From the NCBI GenBank assembly GCA_028534125.1, contig CM052851.1:1674001-1738000 (forward strand): DNA of 64,000 nt, written 5' to 3'. How positions within the stretch are numbered: the stretch's first letter is position 1; every line of letters starts with the position of its first letter. This DNA is from Lama glama (Eukaryota). Shown here piece after piece: positions 47,395-61,095 of the stretch. The notes beneath the pieces are model-generated. The model was not told the origin of the DNA. It ran no database searches and saw only the letters and a program-made list of their open reading frames with translations. The position numbers and the translations under genes were made by a program.

Positions 47395-49250
47395 TTTTCG
47401 GTTTTGATGTTTGTTTTTGTAACAGCGTCACTGAGATCGAATTCACATAGCGTACCATTCACCCGTTTAAAGAGTACAGCTCGGTGGTTTTTATCACGTT
47501 CAGCGTTGTGTAACCTTCCCCACTGTCTAGTTCCAGAGCATTTTCAGCACCCACATCCTCTGGCCGCCACTTCCCACTCCCTCCTCCCACTCCCAGCGCA
47601 GGCAGCCACAAGTCTGCTTTCTGTCTGTCTGGATTTCCTTGTTCTGGACGCTTCACTTGAAGAGGATCACACACTCTCTGGCCTTCTAGCCTGGCTTCTT
47701 TCCCTGAGCATCACGCTCTCAAGGTTCATCCGTGTCGTCACGTGTGTCAGAGCGCTCTTCGTTTTCATGGGCAAATAATATTCCATCTAATGGCTGGACC
47801 ACATCTATTTATCCATTCGTCTGCTGGGGGACATTTGGGCTGTTTTCACTTTTCAGCTGTCATGAATAATGTTGTCGCAAACATTCAGGTACAAGCTTTT
47901 TTTTACGGGCGAGTATTTTCATTTAATCTTGGGTGTGCATCAGGGCGTGGGATGGCTGGGTCATAAAGTAGCCTAATGTTTAACCTTGTGAGCAGCCGCC
48001 GGGCTGTTTTCCAAAATGACTGCGCCGTCTTGTGTTCCCAGTAGCATCGTAGGAAGGCTCCGACTCCTCTCCATCGTCCTCAGCACTTGCTACTGTACGT
48101 CTTTCACTTGAGCTGTCCTAGCAGGTGTGACGTGACCTCTCATTGTGGTTTGGATTGTATTTCCCTGATGGCCAGTAATACAGGGCATCTTTTTATGTGT
48201 TTACAGGCCATTTGCATGTCTCCTTCTATGAAACACCAGTGAGATCTTTTGCCTATTTTTCGGTTGGGTCATTTACCTTCTCACTATTAAGTGGAGTTCT
48301 TCATGCATTCTAGATACAAGTGCGTTATCAGGTAGATGGGGCTGTCTTTTCATGTTCTTGCTGGTGTCCTTTGGCTCTCAAAACACTCACATTTTGATGA
48401 AGTCCAATCTACCTATTTTTTTCCTTTCGTTGCTTGTGTTTTTAGGGTTGTATCTAAGTTAACAGTAGGCAGACCCAAGGTCACAAAAATTTATTCCTGT
48501 GTTTTCATCTAAGAATTTTATATTTTGGCTTTTTCATATAGTTTGCGACCCACTCGAATCATTTTTGTAACATGGTGTGGGGTGGGAACATAGCTTCATT
48601 CTTTGGCTCCTGGCAGCCACGAATCTGCTTTCAGTCTGTCTGGATTTCCTTTTTTTGGCCATTTTGCATGAGGAGAATCACACACTCTCTGGCCTTTTAG
48701 ACTGGCTTCCTTCACTGAGCATCACGGTCTCAGGTTCCTCCGTGTCATCACGTGTGTCAGGGCTTAGCCTAGTTAACCCGGCACCATTTGTTGAAAAGAT
48801 TCTTTCCCCGTTGAGTGATCATGGGCACCCTTAACAAAAGTCAGCTGACTCTCCATGTATGGGTTTGTTTCTGGACCCTCGGTCCTGTCCCGTTTTCTGT
48901 GTGTGTGTCCTTACGCTGGCACGCAAGCCCTGCCTTGGCCGCTGTAATTTGTAGTGACTTCAGAACCGGGGCGTCTGGGCCTCCAACTTTGTTCTCCTTT
49001 TTCAAAATTGTTGAGCTGTCCTGGCCCCTTGGCTCTTCCACGTGAGTTTCAGCATCAGCCTGTCAGCTGCTGCGGAGGAACCAGCTCGGATTCTGAGAGG
49101 GACTGCACTGAGCGTGCAGGTGGACGTCGGGGGTGTTGGCATCTCAACAAGGTTACATCTTCCAGTCACGAACGTGGGGCGTCTTTTAATTAGATCTTCT
49201 TTCAAGAACATCTTACAGTTTTCAGCTGTAATGTTTGCCTTTCTTTTTTG
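47395..49250 (-). mobile_element. L1MB-like element (~1.85 kb, 5'-truncated)
   Basis: T-rich tail, ATTCACCCGTTTAAAGAGTACAG, TTTATCCATTC, TTTTGATGAAGTCCAATCTACC, CACCATTTGTTGAAAAG, CTCCAACTTTGTTCTCCTTTTTCAA. Confidence 0.9.
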
Positions 49251-52200
49251 ATCCCATGGGATTCTGTGCATCCGTGGCCCCACTGGTCCTGCCCAGCCTC
49301 CAGGTCCCTCCTTCCAGAGCCTCCCCACTGCTCCAGGCACCGAGGCTCCTCCCTCTGGGCTCCGGAGATGCTTCCCTGTGGTCTCGTTTAATCGCAGTGC
49401 ACAGACCGTCGCCCTGGCCCAAGGCTCTGCGCAGCCTGCATTCCCGCCTGGGACGCGCACTCTCCTCCCGTCTCTGGGAGCATTCTCGTGTCCCGGCGGG
49501 CTCCCTGAGTTACCCCTGACATTAAGACGCAATCACGCCCCTCATAGGGCCTCTTCACACGCCTTGATCCTCCTCCACCAGTGTGAATGCTACCCCCAGA
49601 CTATGGAGGCCTGCGTGGCTCCACCGTCTGACCCACTACACACCCCAAGACTGGGCACATGGTGTGGGAACCCTGGGTGGGTCCATAGGAAAGCTGAGCT
49701 GTTTCCCGGGCTAGTCATTTTATCACCGGTCCCCGTGACTGAGAAACAGTCCTTAAATACCATGTGACGCGTCTTGGGGCCTCCCCGCCGGGGAAGCAGG
49801 ACTTTGGCAGCTTACAAAAGGAATTCAATTTTTCAAATTTCCTTTCAACTCAAGGGTCTCAAATCCAGTCTGCAGCCCTAGAGGGGAGGGTCCTGGCACT
49901 GCTTCTGAGGAGGGTGCCTTCGAGGGGAGGCGGAGGCAGCTCGTGGCGAGCTCGCCGGTGGCAGATGGCCGGGGCTGCTCACCTGCTCACCTGGGTCTGT
50001 CCCCTTGGACAGGGCTGGGCCAAGCTGTTTGGGCCAAGTTGGATTACCGTCAGCGGGTATGCCCGGCCTCCTTGGGTGTCTCTCCGTCTGTAAAAGGGGG
50101 AAATACCCCCGGTGTTTCCTGACCCCTAGAAAGGAAGGAAGGGGACCAGGTCCAAGGAGGCAGTGGTTTCTGAGTCCTTTGGAAACTAGGGAGGGGCTCT
50201 GGGCTCGTGTCTTTTTAAAGCCATGACGGTCACCCACTGGCCTCCTTTGCCTGTCCATCTGCACTTACCGCATGTTTTCTGTGCACCTCGCCCTCTGCTC
50301 AGCTTGGGGACTGCGCTGTGGTGTGGATGGACGCCAGTGCTCCCTGTCTGCTTCCAGCGGGTCTGCCTGGCCTCAGGGAGCTCATTCCAGGATTGCCGGG
50401 GCCAGGGCCAGAGTGGGATACCATGCTCACTCGCAGCCCCCCAAGGCTGTAGGGAGGCTCAGAGCAGGTGAGGTGTTGTGGGGCAGAGAGCGGGACTCCC
50501 TTCCCACCTGCTTCCCCCAGGTCACCAGGCCAGACCACCCCCTAGACAGGGTGTGGACAGGAGTCCGGGGGCCCACATGCCAGGCTCCAAACCTCATCCC
50601 CCATCCCTCGTCTCAGGGGCGGGGGAAGGTGCTTTGGAGGCTTCTGTTCAAACATGCAGATAGGGTGGAGGAGGCCTGCGAGGGGAGCCTCCCTGGCCTC
50701 GGGCCTGCCAGAGCCATGGCCGGGAAGCCAGAGCCGCTGGGCTCCTGTGCCATTTCCACACGTGACTTTCTCGCAGCCTCCTGGCACGGGGCACACACAT
50801 CGCCTCCTCCAGTCTTGGGCTGGACGAGGAAGGAGTCTCCGGGAAGATGGAAGGACTCCCACCCCCGCCTCCCTGTGAGGCTGTTGTCAGAGCGAGGTCA
50901 GCTCCCTGGAAGACCGCCGGCTGTACATAGGGTGGGGTGGGCCACAGCGGTACGGATGGATCAGGGAACAGGGGCCTTGCTGTGCGGGCCTAGCCCTTGG
51001 CACAGGGGCACCCGGGCGCGGCAGGCTGCAGACTCCCCGTGGTACAAACCACTCACGAAGCACTTGCTATCTGGGGATTTTACGTTTGGGAGGGATTAAT
51101 GAGCCTCTGAAATGAGATCCCAGCCGGCAGCCAGGACCCTGCCTGAGACGCAGCTTCCGTGGACTGAGTGTGGGGAGCCCCCGCTCCTCCCGGCGCCCCG
51201 GGCCAGCCGGACCTGCATTCCGCTCCTCCTCCCGCCTTCTGGAAGCGTTCCCTGAGTCACATTGTTCGCCGCTCTCCGTCGGTCCTTCTGGGCTCTTCCT
51301 CTGCTGCTCGCCATAAAAACGCTCCAGTCATCTTTTCCGCTGTGGTTTTTATTGTTTTATTTTATTATTCCAGCGATATTAAGTTGGGAAGAGCTAGAGA
51401 AACGGTTTCTTCTCCCCCAGACTGCACAACAAGTCATAGCCATTGTAGATTTTAATCAATCACCCCTCCCCCCGCTTATGTTTTACTTTCTCCAGCTTCG
51501 CTCTCTTCCCCGTAAACGGGGGTTCAAGGTCAGGAACCAGTGCTGCTCCCAGAGCTGGTCTCCGATCCCCCACTCCCGCCCCGTGAGAGAAGAAGTGAGC
51601 TCAGATCCTGGGTCAGCTCCCTTTCTCGAGGCCACGGCCACGGCCACGGTGCTGCTGGCCCCTGGCTGGGCTGGGCTGCGGTGGAAGCCAAGTGCAGGGT
51701 GAAGGCCTGGGGAGGAATCTGGGTTCTTTTGGCTGCTGGTAAGATTATCCGTTAAATCCATATTCCTCACTGCAGAGTTCACGTATTCAGAGAATATCCC
51801 GTACCCTGGCCGTCTTACATTACTGCAATATTGCTTCCAGATGGGCAAACACCCACTCAGAGCCCGGCCCTGCGGATGCGACGGCCCAGCGTGCCGCTCA
51901 GCACCGCGCCTTTGTTCCCTGGGTCCCACTCAGCCCCCGCTCACTTGGGGGGCTCCGGTGTGTCCACGCTCGGGAGGGGTGTTGCACACCAGACCTCTGG
52001 CCCCGGCCCCACACGGGTGCCGGAGCCTCCCTGGGCCTGAGCTGTGGGGCCGAGGCTTCCTTCCTGAGCCCTTCCTGTTGCCGGGGCCTGTTCCACAGCC
52101 CTGGCCCCACCGCTGCCCGGGCTGGAGGAGTCCTGTTTGTCCACCCCGCCCCCAAGGATAAATCAGACGCGGGAGCATTCGAGCATTCCGCACCTCCCTT

Positions 52201-55200
52201 CACACGGTCTGCACACAGAGGTCAGCCCCTCGGGCCCTCCCAGGCTCCTGAGAACTTGTGCCTGCTGGGCCGTGGTTCCTAGGCTTCCTCCTGCGGCTCC
52301 TCTGCCGGGGCTGAGTGTGCCTGGGGTGGGACTGGCGTGGGCGGGTGGCCGCTCCATCATCTGTGGGGGCAAAGCCCTGCTCTTTGCTTCTGCTCATCTC
52401 CATGTCCCTGGGTCTGGGCACAGGGCCCTGACACTGTGAGGCCGAGGCAGAGTCAGCGGGGAGAGGGTCTCAAAGCCCCGCTGAGACACACACACTTCGT
52501 GTCAGCTTTCAAAGAGTGGCATTCCTTCCTTGAGCAAGGCAGTGATGCGGACAGATAGGCCTTCCCCGGAGAGTCCAGATCCCGGGGCCTGATGTCTGGT
52601 TCCCTCGCGACACGTGTCCTCCGGCTTGTCAGTGATGCTCTGTAAGGGAGCCCAGGGCGGGGCTGCGGGGACAGGCGCTGCCCACACGGGGCCCCGGGTG
52701 TCGATGGGAGTGGGGGTACAGCAGAGCCAGCAGTCATGACTCTGAGGGACACTTGGGCCGGCTGGGCCCGGCACTCACACATCCAGGGAGCTCTCAGCTG
52801 CATTCCGAACAGACCTGCCTGTGAGATTGACTGGCTAGGGTGCCCTCACGCTTTCCTAAAACCTCACGTCTACCTGAAAGCCATCAGCCTCCTGGGGTTG
52901 GGGTGCCCGTGTGGACCAGAGCTCTGGTGATTGAGTGGACAGGGGGTGGCCAGGTCAGAAACCAGGCTGATGTAAACCCTGAAACCACCCCCCAGGTCTC
53001 CTCCAAACCTCTCTGGTTGTAACCAATGGTGGGGAGAAGCTACGCTTTTTCCCGGGGGACCAACCTGGGGCTTGATTACCTGAGATAAAACAGGGCTTTG
53101 CTGATAACCTCAGGCCTGCAGCTTCGGGATTAATTCTCTCCTGTAAAAGCAAATTTCACAGGGTTTAAGCCACCTCGGGGCCACGCCCTTCCTTGGTCCT
53201 CTTGTATCCTCGGAGGAATGGGCCAGCTCTGTCGTCAGGCACTGACCCCGCCCAGGGAGGTCGGATCCCTATTTCTCACCCACCTCATTTGTCTTGGTTG
53301 CCCACATTAATTGCTATTTGTATCACTTACAATTTTTCACATTTGGGTTGGTCATAAATAACCCCAAAGCCATCTGTGCCCTCTCGGGGCCCTGCTCTAG
53401 CGGTCCTGCTGAGGAAGGGAGCAGGAAGTAGACATGAAGCTGAGGACCTCCTCGGCCTCCTCAGACGGGCTCTTCTGGGGTTCCGCAGAGACGGTTTCGG
53501 GCAGTGTTGCTATGTGGCTGGCTGGCCAAGCCTCCATGGTCAAAGACAGCCCAGTGGTCACCAGTGCCACGCACATGGTGGCGATCTAGGGGCCACGGGG
53601 GTCCCTACTCTACAGACAGCCTTGTCTTTGGCCTCCGGGGCCAGCCTGGGGCTCCCAGGGCACGTAGCTGCCCACTCAGCTCCCAAGGTTGGACTCGGAG
53701 CTGCCTCAGTTCTGCAGGGCCTGGTGGATTTCCACTCCCTGCCTCCCAGAACATCCTGTCTATTCTGGCTCCAAAGCAATATTTCTATTTCCACGTTTAG
53801 AGGGAGCTGCAGGCAGCCAGGAGCTGGAGGTAACTGAGTCCCAAAGAGTGAGCCATGTCTGGGGATCACGCCCAACCTAAGGCCAGCAGCACAGTAGGGG
53901 TTCAACATGCAGCGACTGAATGGGCTAGCAGCTCTCCATGGCAGATGCAGAATAGCCATGGCCCTGGACTTGTCAGGATGTCCGAGATCCTGCTGAGTAA
54001 CAAACAACCCCGAGGATTTCGTTCCCTCTGCTTGTTTAACGCAGGCAGGCAGTGGGGCCTGTGAAGGAAGCCAGGCTGCTACCACAAGCAGCCCTGGTCG
54101 CAGGCCAGGAGGAGGGAGAGTCTGGAAGGGTGGGTGAGGAGCTAGAGGCCTCTCCTCTATGGGGGAGGAAAGCACCAAAGTCTGTGGCTCGGGAAGCCGT
54201 ACCCATGGGCCCCGTGTTGGGACTTAGGCTGGCTTCTCTGGAAGGATTCTGGCCTTGACCATCAAGGTGATGGTGTGGAACCCTCTGCGTGCAGCTACCT
54301 GGGGAGACCAAGAGTTCACGTCCTGCTCCATCACCTACAAGGCACGTGTTCTCAGACCTGACATTTACTTTTCTGAGGGTCAACTCGGGAGCACAAGACC
54401 TCCCCCGCAGGGCCAAGTCTGAGCTGAAATGAGATTCGTGCGGCTGCAGTGCTCACCCGGTTCCCAGCACAGAGTGGGCCGTTGCTGGGGGGTTGTGTTG
54501 TTGCAGGCCAGGCCGGCCAGGCCTTCTGTGGGGCCTCCCCATACCCCACAGGCTTGCAGGCTCCGGCACCTTGTCCTGGAAGAGTTAATGATCAGCCAAA
54601 GCCCCTGCCCCCAACAGCAGAAAGAGCGGCTAGCTGGGGCCGGTGGCCCACTGGAAACCAAGCTGCCCCGGGGTCGGGGAGGTGGGGAGGGGCCCCTGAG
54701 CCGAGTGCCCCCGCTTTCTTCTCACTCCCAGCAGGGCGGACAAACACCCCAAGCCCTGCAGGGGTGCGGTGCTGGGGCTCTTCCCAGCACCCGGTCCCCC
54801 GGACTCCAGGGCTCTGGGTCACCTCGGGGAGAGTCAAGGCTGTTTGTAGGGCTGTTGGAAATCAGCGCCCAGATCACCCTAAAAGTGAGAGCATTAAAGA
54901 GCTGGCCCACCAGGCATGTTTGACTGCAGTCTGGCCTTCCGTTTGCAGGGAACTCAATCTCTCCAAAAATCTCAGTACTGGACAGCCAGCAGAAAGGGGA
55001 CTTTGAAGTGGCCACGGTAGAGTTCCCCCCTCCCTCCTCCCTCCTGACGTTCTGCCCTTTCCCCAGTCCTCCTCCCAGAGCACCACCTGCCCCCACCCGA
55101 CCAGGCCCCACCAGGCCCCACTGGGGCCCAGGCAGGCGGAGGAGCCCTGGCGTTGGGGGAGGGGAGCTCCAGGAAGTCACAGCCCCCATCCCCCACCTCC

Positions 55201-58200
55201 CGGATTCAGGAAAGTTCCTCAGGCCGTAATGACTGGCTTCTTATTTTTTTCTGAACACAAGCTCTCGGAAGAGGGATGTTGGAAGTCCCTTAGGATGGCA
55301 TCGGGGAGGGGACAGACAGGAAAACTGCGTCTGAGGCGAAGGAACACCAAGCTCGGCCTGGCAGGGGCTCAGACCAGAGGGCCCCTCCCCAGGCCTGCCC
55401 GCCGTGGGGTCTCAAGGTCTGAGTGCCAGGGCTGGTAGCTCAGGGGGACTTCCGGGGGTCATGGAGAAAGGACTGATCTTTGCTTCCAAAGTCTAGGAAG
55501 GGCGTGAGTGCTGAAGAAGCACATCTTCCCGCTTTGCTTGGTGGAAAGGGCATAGCCTTGGTGCCCTGGCAGCACCTGGTCTGTGGAGTTGCTGGCTTCT
55601 CAAGGTGAGCCTAGGTTGACAGGCCGACATACCTGGCCTGGCTTAAAACCCTCGAGGACCTCCCCAGCCTTCAGGGTGGGACTCAGAACAGTGCTTCAGC
55701 CAGGGCCCCTCCTGACCCCCACCTTCCCCTCCCTCCCTTCACCTGCCACCTCCCCCCCAACACACCTGTCCTGGCCACCAGAGCCCCTGGCTGGCCTCAC
55801 ACACAGTGACCTCAGCCTAGCCTGGCCTCCCGGCTGCCTGGCTAACCCCTCTCCTTTTCTCTTCTTTTCCACACCATCCTCTTGACTCAGAAGCTTCCCG
55901 GACCTGTGATCACCTGCTACGAGCTTTGTAAGGTGTGACTCCCAGGACATGGGTGACCGGAAAGAGGAAGGGCAGGGATCGGCCAGCTCTAGGAGGCTGT
56001 AAGGCTGGCTGTTCGCTGTCAAGGAAATGAGGCCACCCAGAGACGCGGCTCCTGAGGCGCATGCATGGCGTGGCCCAGCCCCGAGCCCCCGCAAGTCTCC
56101 GCACGGACATGTGACCCGGGCGGTACCACTTGTGTGTGGGGCAGGGTAGCTGTGGTTACGGCGCACTGAGGTGTTAGTGTCCTCCTGGTTTTGACTAAGT
56201 CCCAGCCCCCTTGTAAGTGTCATCTACCCTGTCACCAACCCCCCCCCCGACCTTGAGTGCATGCTGGGGTCAGGAGGCCCTAAAGCCCCGCCAGCCACCT
56301 GGGGCCTGTGTGCTTGCGGTACAGAACTGACCTCCTGTGTCCAGACTTCCTCTGCATCTCTCGCCTGCCGCTCAGTGTGGATGCAAGGTCATGAATATGC
56401 GTGTCTAGCCATTGCAGGGGGTGATGGTGGTTAATGCCATTGTCACGCGTGGCACACGCATCCCCAAAACTTGGGGAACACAAAGCGAAATAAGTTGGGA
56501 ACATTGTCTCTGCCTGAGAACCCTCGTAGTTTTGCCCCCACTGCCCCCAGCTCAGTATGGTGTGGGCTGAGTGGCAGCCTCATCTGGTAGCCCCAGACCT
56601 GAGGCCTGTTGGTGGCAAGCAAAGCTGGATGGCCAGGGACAGAGCTCTGGGTCATGTGCTGTGTGGTTTCAGAGACAGACAGCACAGCCTGGTTGTGACC
56701 TCCAGAGGCATCCCAATTTTGCATAATCTTCCGTCATGGAAAGACGGAAATGAACACAGATCAAATTCTTATCACAGATCTGTGACCAGGTCACGTACTC
56801 CTATGCTCAACGCACCTGCGCCTGACCCCTCTTGGGTACAGACAGACAGTCTCACTGTCTTCCGCACCCTGCTCCCAATCTGTCAGTCTCCCTGCATGCT
56901 GGGGTGGCCAAAGGAGTGGGGGTCGATCCCCAGACTGGCTGGAGGCCTGTAGGGTGACACTCCTGCCACAGTGGACACAGCACAAGAGCTGAACTTCCAA
57001 GCTGGCCACACCCAAGAGATTTAAGGACTCAGCACAGATCGTGCGTCCCTGTCGTTTATTGTCTTCAGCAAGCATCGCTGTCTCTGGAAGGCTGGACGCG
57101 TCCGGCAGAGTTGCACACGCAGGCATATGCTCCCTGGCTCGGCCGCCTTCCGGGGCCATGCTGAGGTCAGGCCTCTTTCAGGCCAAGCCCACGCTGGCCT
57201 TGTGCGGGGACAGCTGAAGGCCAGGAGGAGGCCACTGGCCTTGGGAGAGCCTCCCAAAGCAGAGGCAGCCCCCTCGAAGGTCACCTGGCTGCTCTCTTCC
57301 AGGGGAGTGGGACCCAGGGCTGGCCAACCCCAGCAGCGTGTTGTTAACCCCTGCCTGTCTGGAGCTCCCAGCTCCTGTCAGGACCTCCCCTGAACACCCT
57401 ACCTTCAGAGTAGCACTGAAAATGGGAGCCAAGGCATAAGCAGCCTCTGCCACCCCCACCTTGGCGGCCTGGCTCCCAGGATGTGAGGGCTGCGTGCCTT
57501 CCGGGGAGCTCCTGGGGTCTGCCTTGCAGCCTGGGGGGAATTATGGCCCCGGAGCATTTGGGGCAGTTGTCCATCGTTTTCCTCGTTAAGTTAGGTTAGT
57601 TTTGGGTAGAGGCCTTGCTGGGAGTTGGAGACTGGCATAGACCCCCAAGGCCCCTGGGGTTCGGCACTGAGGGATTTGAGGTGCTTCTTCTGGGTCTCCC
57701 CATCCCAGAGGCCAAGCCAGGGCCTGCCCCCGCCCCCCGCCCTCCAGAGCTTTCTGGCTTGGAGCCACTGACGGTCTGGCACCTGCAGAGGCCAGGCTCA
57801 GATGCGAAAAAGGGGTTTTGTCTCTGGAAGCTTATAAAGAGTTAAAAAGGCAGGGAGGGGGCCAGCGGGGGCGGATTCAGGTTATCTGTTCTGCCAGGCC
57901 GGACCAACTCCAGGGAGACAACGCGACAAGTTACAAAACATCCAGCAGCACCCACGACCAATTTCTTCCCCTGTCCTGCCGAGGAGGCCGAGTTAAAAGG
58001 CAGTGCTTCGGGGTTGAAAGGCTCCCCGCTGGGTCTGCGCGCAAGGGGCCCTGGCCTTCCCAGCCTTTGTTTGAGAGCAGCTAATCAGCCGGCTCCCGCT
58101 GGGCACTGTGAGGGCCGCAGCCACCGGCCTGGGAGTGATGGCAAACCTCTGTCTCCAGTCACCGAGGCCCGAGGGTGTGAGTGGAATTAGCAGATTGCAT

Positions 58201-59449
58201 CAAGAAATAGTTTTAGGGATTTACATTCCGGTGGTGGAGAGTCTTCTCGAGGCTTTTCTCCTGCGTGGAGGGTGGGAGCCACCCCACAGAGTGGGATGGG
58301 GGAGGGGGCAGGCCTTGGGGGTCACTGTCCCCCTCCCCATGGAGCCTTTAAGAGGACCCCCCTCCACTCTGCTACGTGAGTAGTGGCAAATGGGGCAAGG
58401 TGGTCGTTCTCCCGGGCTGTCTGTCTTCCCCACAGCTGCTGGGGCGGCCCCCCCCAACCTGGCCAGATGCTGGCCGGGCCTCCGAGGAAGCACCAAGCTC
58501 ACCCAGAGTCATCTGTCTGTCTCTCTGTCTGTCCCCAAGTCCCTTCCGAGGCCTCTATCCCCTCCTCCAGCTAAGGGAGGCCCTGTGGTGGGCTCGTCTT
58601 GGGTGGCCCATGGGACCTGACTCCACTGCCCTCTGGGGACACCCTCACTCTAAGCCCGAGGCCTGGCTCCATCCACATCACCCCCAGGAGATGCCCACTG
58701 AGGGCCTCCCGTCGCCTTCTGTGGCCACCTTGGCCTCCACGGGGTCTCACAGCCAGACGTCTTGCGTGAGTGGCTGCTGCGCACAGGCAGCACACAGACA
58801 GCCTCCTGGGGTCCTGCCAGCACAGGTTGTGGGGAGCCCCGCACCCCCGGAGAGTGGGGCTGGAGCCTAAGGCCCCCACCTGGGCGAGTCTGGTCATAGA
58901 GGCAGGGGGAGCCTGTCCCTCAGAGCTCACAGGTGACATGACACATGAGGCTGGCAGGTGAAGAAGAGCAGGTGGAGTGAGGGCAGGAAAGGCCAGCAGG
59001 CAGCTGGGCTGGGGCTGGGTGTGCCTCCCCAGCCCATGGTGACAGACTCTCCACGAAGGTGACAGCTGGGCAGGACAGGGGGCTGTGAGTGTGGACTGTG
59101 GGAGCCCTGGAGAGGCCATCTCAGCCCAGGGCCCTGAGGGAGGGCTGGAACAGGCTGGACTGCTGAATCTGGGCCCTGTGGGTGACAGGGACCTTGGAGG
59201 GCTATGAGCGAGGCGGTGACTACAGGCAGAGCAGCTCTGGGTGCGCCCTACCTCCTGTCCTGCAGGGCAGGCATGGCCACTGGCCGAGCCTGGCATCCAC
59301 CTGTGGTGCTCCAAGTGCCACGTGCCATTAGCACTGTCACCATTGTTGTTTGGACAAGCACTGGATCACAGAGTCCCGGCAGCCTCCCAAGGGACACTGG
59401 GCATGTGGGACTCTTTGGGGGACACTGGACACGTGTGAACCCACCCAGA

Positions 59450-59720
59450 CCAGGCTTGATCCCAGCTCTGGCCCTCGAGACCCCAAGCAAGTCTTTTCCT
59501 CTCTGAGCCTTCTCTGTCATTTAGAGTGCAATGACATCCTCCTTGCTGCTTGGGGGGGGGGTGGCATAGGTGAGAACAGGTGGCACTTTTCATGTGCCTA
59601 CCACATGAGGACAGCCCCAAGCTTGATCTGGTTCATAGCTCTGTCCCTGGTGTGCCAGCGGTACCTGGAGACAGTGCCATGCAGGTGAAAGACGAGGCTG
59701 AAACTCAGAGAGGCAATGTG
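59450..59720. mobile_element. Two degenerate MIR fragments, apparently in opposite orientation
   Basis: ATCCCAGCTCTG...GCAAGTC...CCTCTCTGAGCCT (+) and GAGGCTGAAACTCAGAGAGG (-). Confidence 0.45.
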
Positions 59721-61095
59721 CAGTCAGCTTTGCTGCAAAACAGATTGTTCCTGAGTCACACGGCCAAGCCCGCACTCCAGAGAGTGGAGAGCCAGCTTCC
59801 TCCCCCTGGATGAAGACTGCGAAGTCTCACGGCAGATGGACGTCCACAGGCGTGGGAGGGGTTGGCCGCCCTCCCCATCTGCCGCAGGTGTGAAGGAATT
59901 CACTCTTTTCGCCGGCTGAAGCAGAAATTTAAACCGTGCTCTCTGCGTCTGACCCCGAGCCCTGTCCCCATCACCACCTCCACACACAGCCTGCTCAGGG
60001 GCCCCAGCCTTCTGATAGAAAACCACACCTGCATGGGACGCTCCAATAAAGTCACTGGGGAGCCACGGGCAAAGAGTTCAGGAAGGAAAGACAGAAAGAA
60101 AAACACGCACACATCAGGCTCGGATGATACACGGTCCTCCCGCAGGCTCAGTATCGCTTTTCGGTGTCACCTTTCGGCGTGGAGCCATTTACCCCGTCAG
60201 GGCGGAGAGCCCTCCCGCTCCACCAGGTGACAGTCCTAAATCCTTGGGAGCGACAGCCGTCCTCCTCCCTGGGTTGGGTTTCTGCCCAGGAGGACGGGGC
60301 TGGCAGCCGGGGTCCCAACGCGCCAGCCAGAGGGCTGCCCGCAAGTGGCTGGGTGTGTGCGGGGTGCTGGGGGCTAGGAGCTGGTGGCTGCCCTTGGAGT
60401 GGGGAAGGTGAAGGTTTGTCCCCCAGAGGCCCCCAGCAGTAGCCCCTCCACCTCGGCACCACACCCCCAGGTGGTCCCTCGGGGAGAAGGGCAGGGGGAG
60501 CCGGGGGCCCCTGGTGGAGCAGGGCCTCTAGGCCAGGCTTTGGGCCTCAGCACAGAGCTGGGTCCATGCTGCCCTGCCACTCGCCAGCTGCACGATCCTG
60601 AATAGGATACTTCAAGGCCCTAGCCTCACAGTTCCCAGCCCTGAAGTAGGGGCGTGATGTCACTGTCTCAGGGAGCCAGTGACTGATCCGGTAACCTACA
60701 CGGAAATGGCCCATCAGAAGCATCACACTGGAGTCCATCGTGTCACCCAGGCACCTGGTCTGTTCAGGAACAGTCAGCGAGCCCAGCAGTCAAGCATGAG
60801 ATTAGTTGAAAATTGTGGACCATCTGCTAAACCCGGGCTCCACCTGCTCCTGCCCCAGTTCAGCTCTGGGAGTGTGGGCCCGGCAGGGCCGAACCAGTGA
60901 AGTGGAGGCAGGAGAGCCCCACACGTGGGCAGAGGCTGTGGTGGCAGATGGGTGGTGAGTTGCGGGGAAGCTCCACGTCCATCCGCCGTCCCAGCCCCAG
61001 GGCCAAGGCAGGCTCATTGTGAAGGAGTAAGGAAGTCATCTCTCTCCTTTTGAAATCTTGTTGACTGATTAGGCTGCAGTAAACGGTTCTGACAT

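Noticed and set aside
47011-47778. 255-aa ORF
   Set aside because: Its 3' half is antisense L1MB 3' UTR, a classic source of spurious ORFs.
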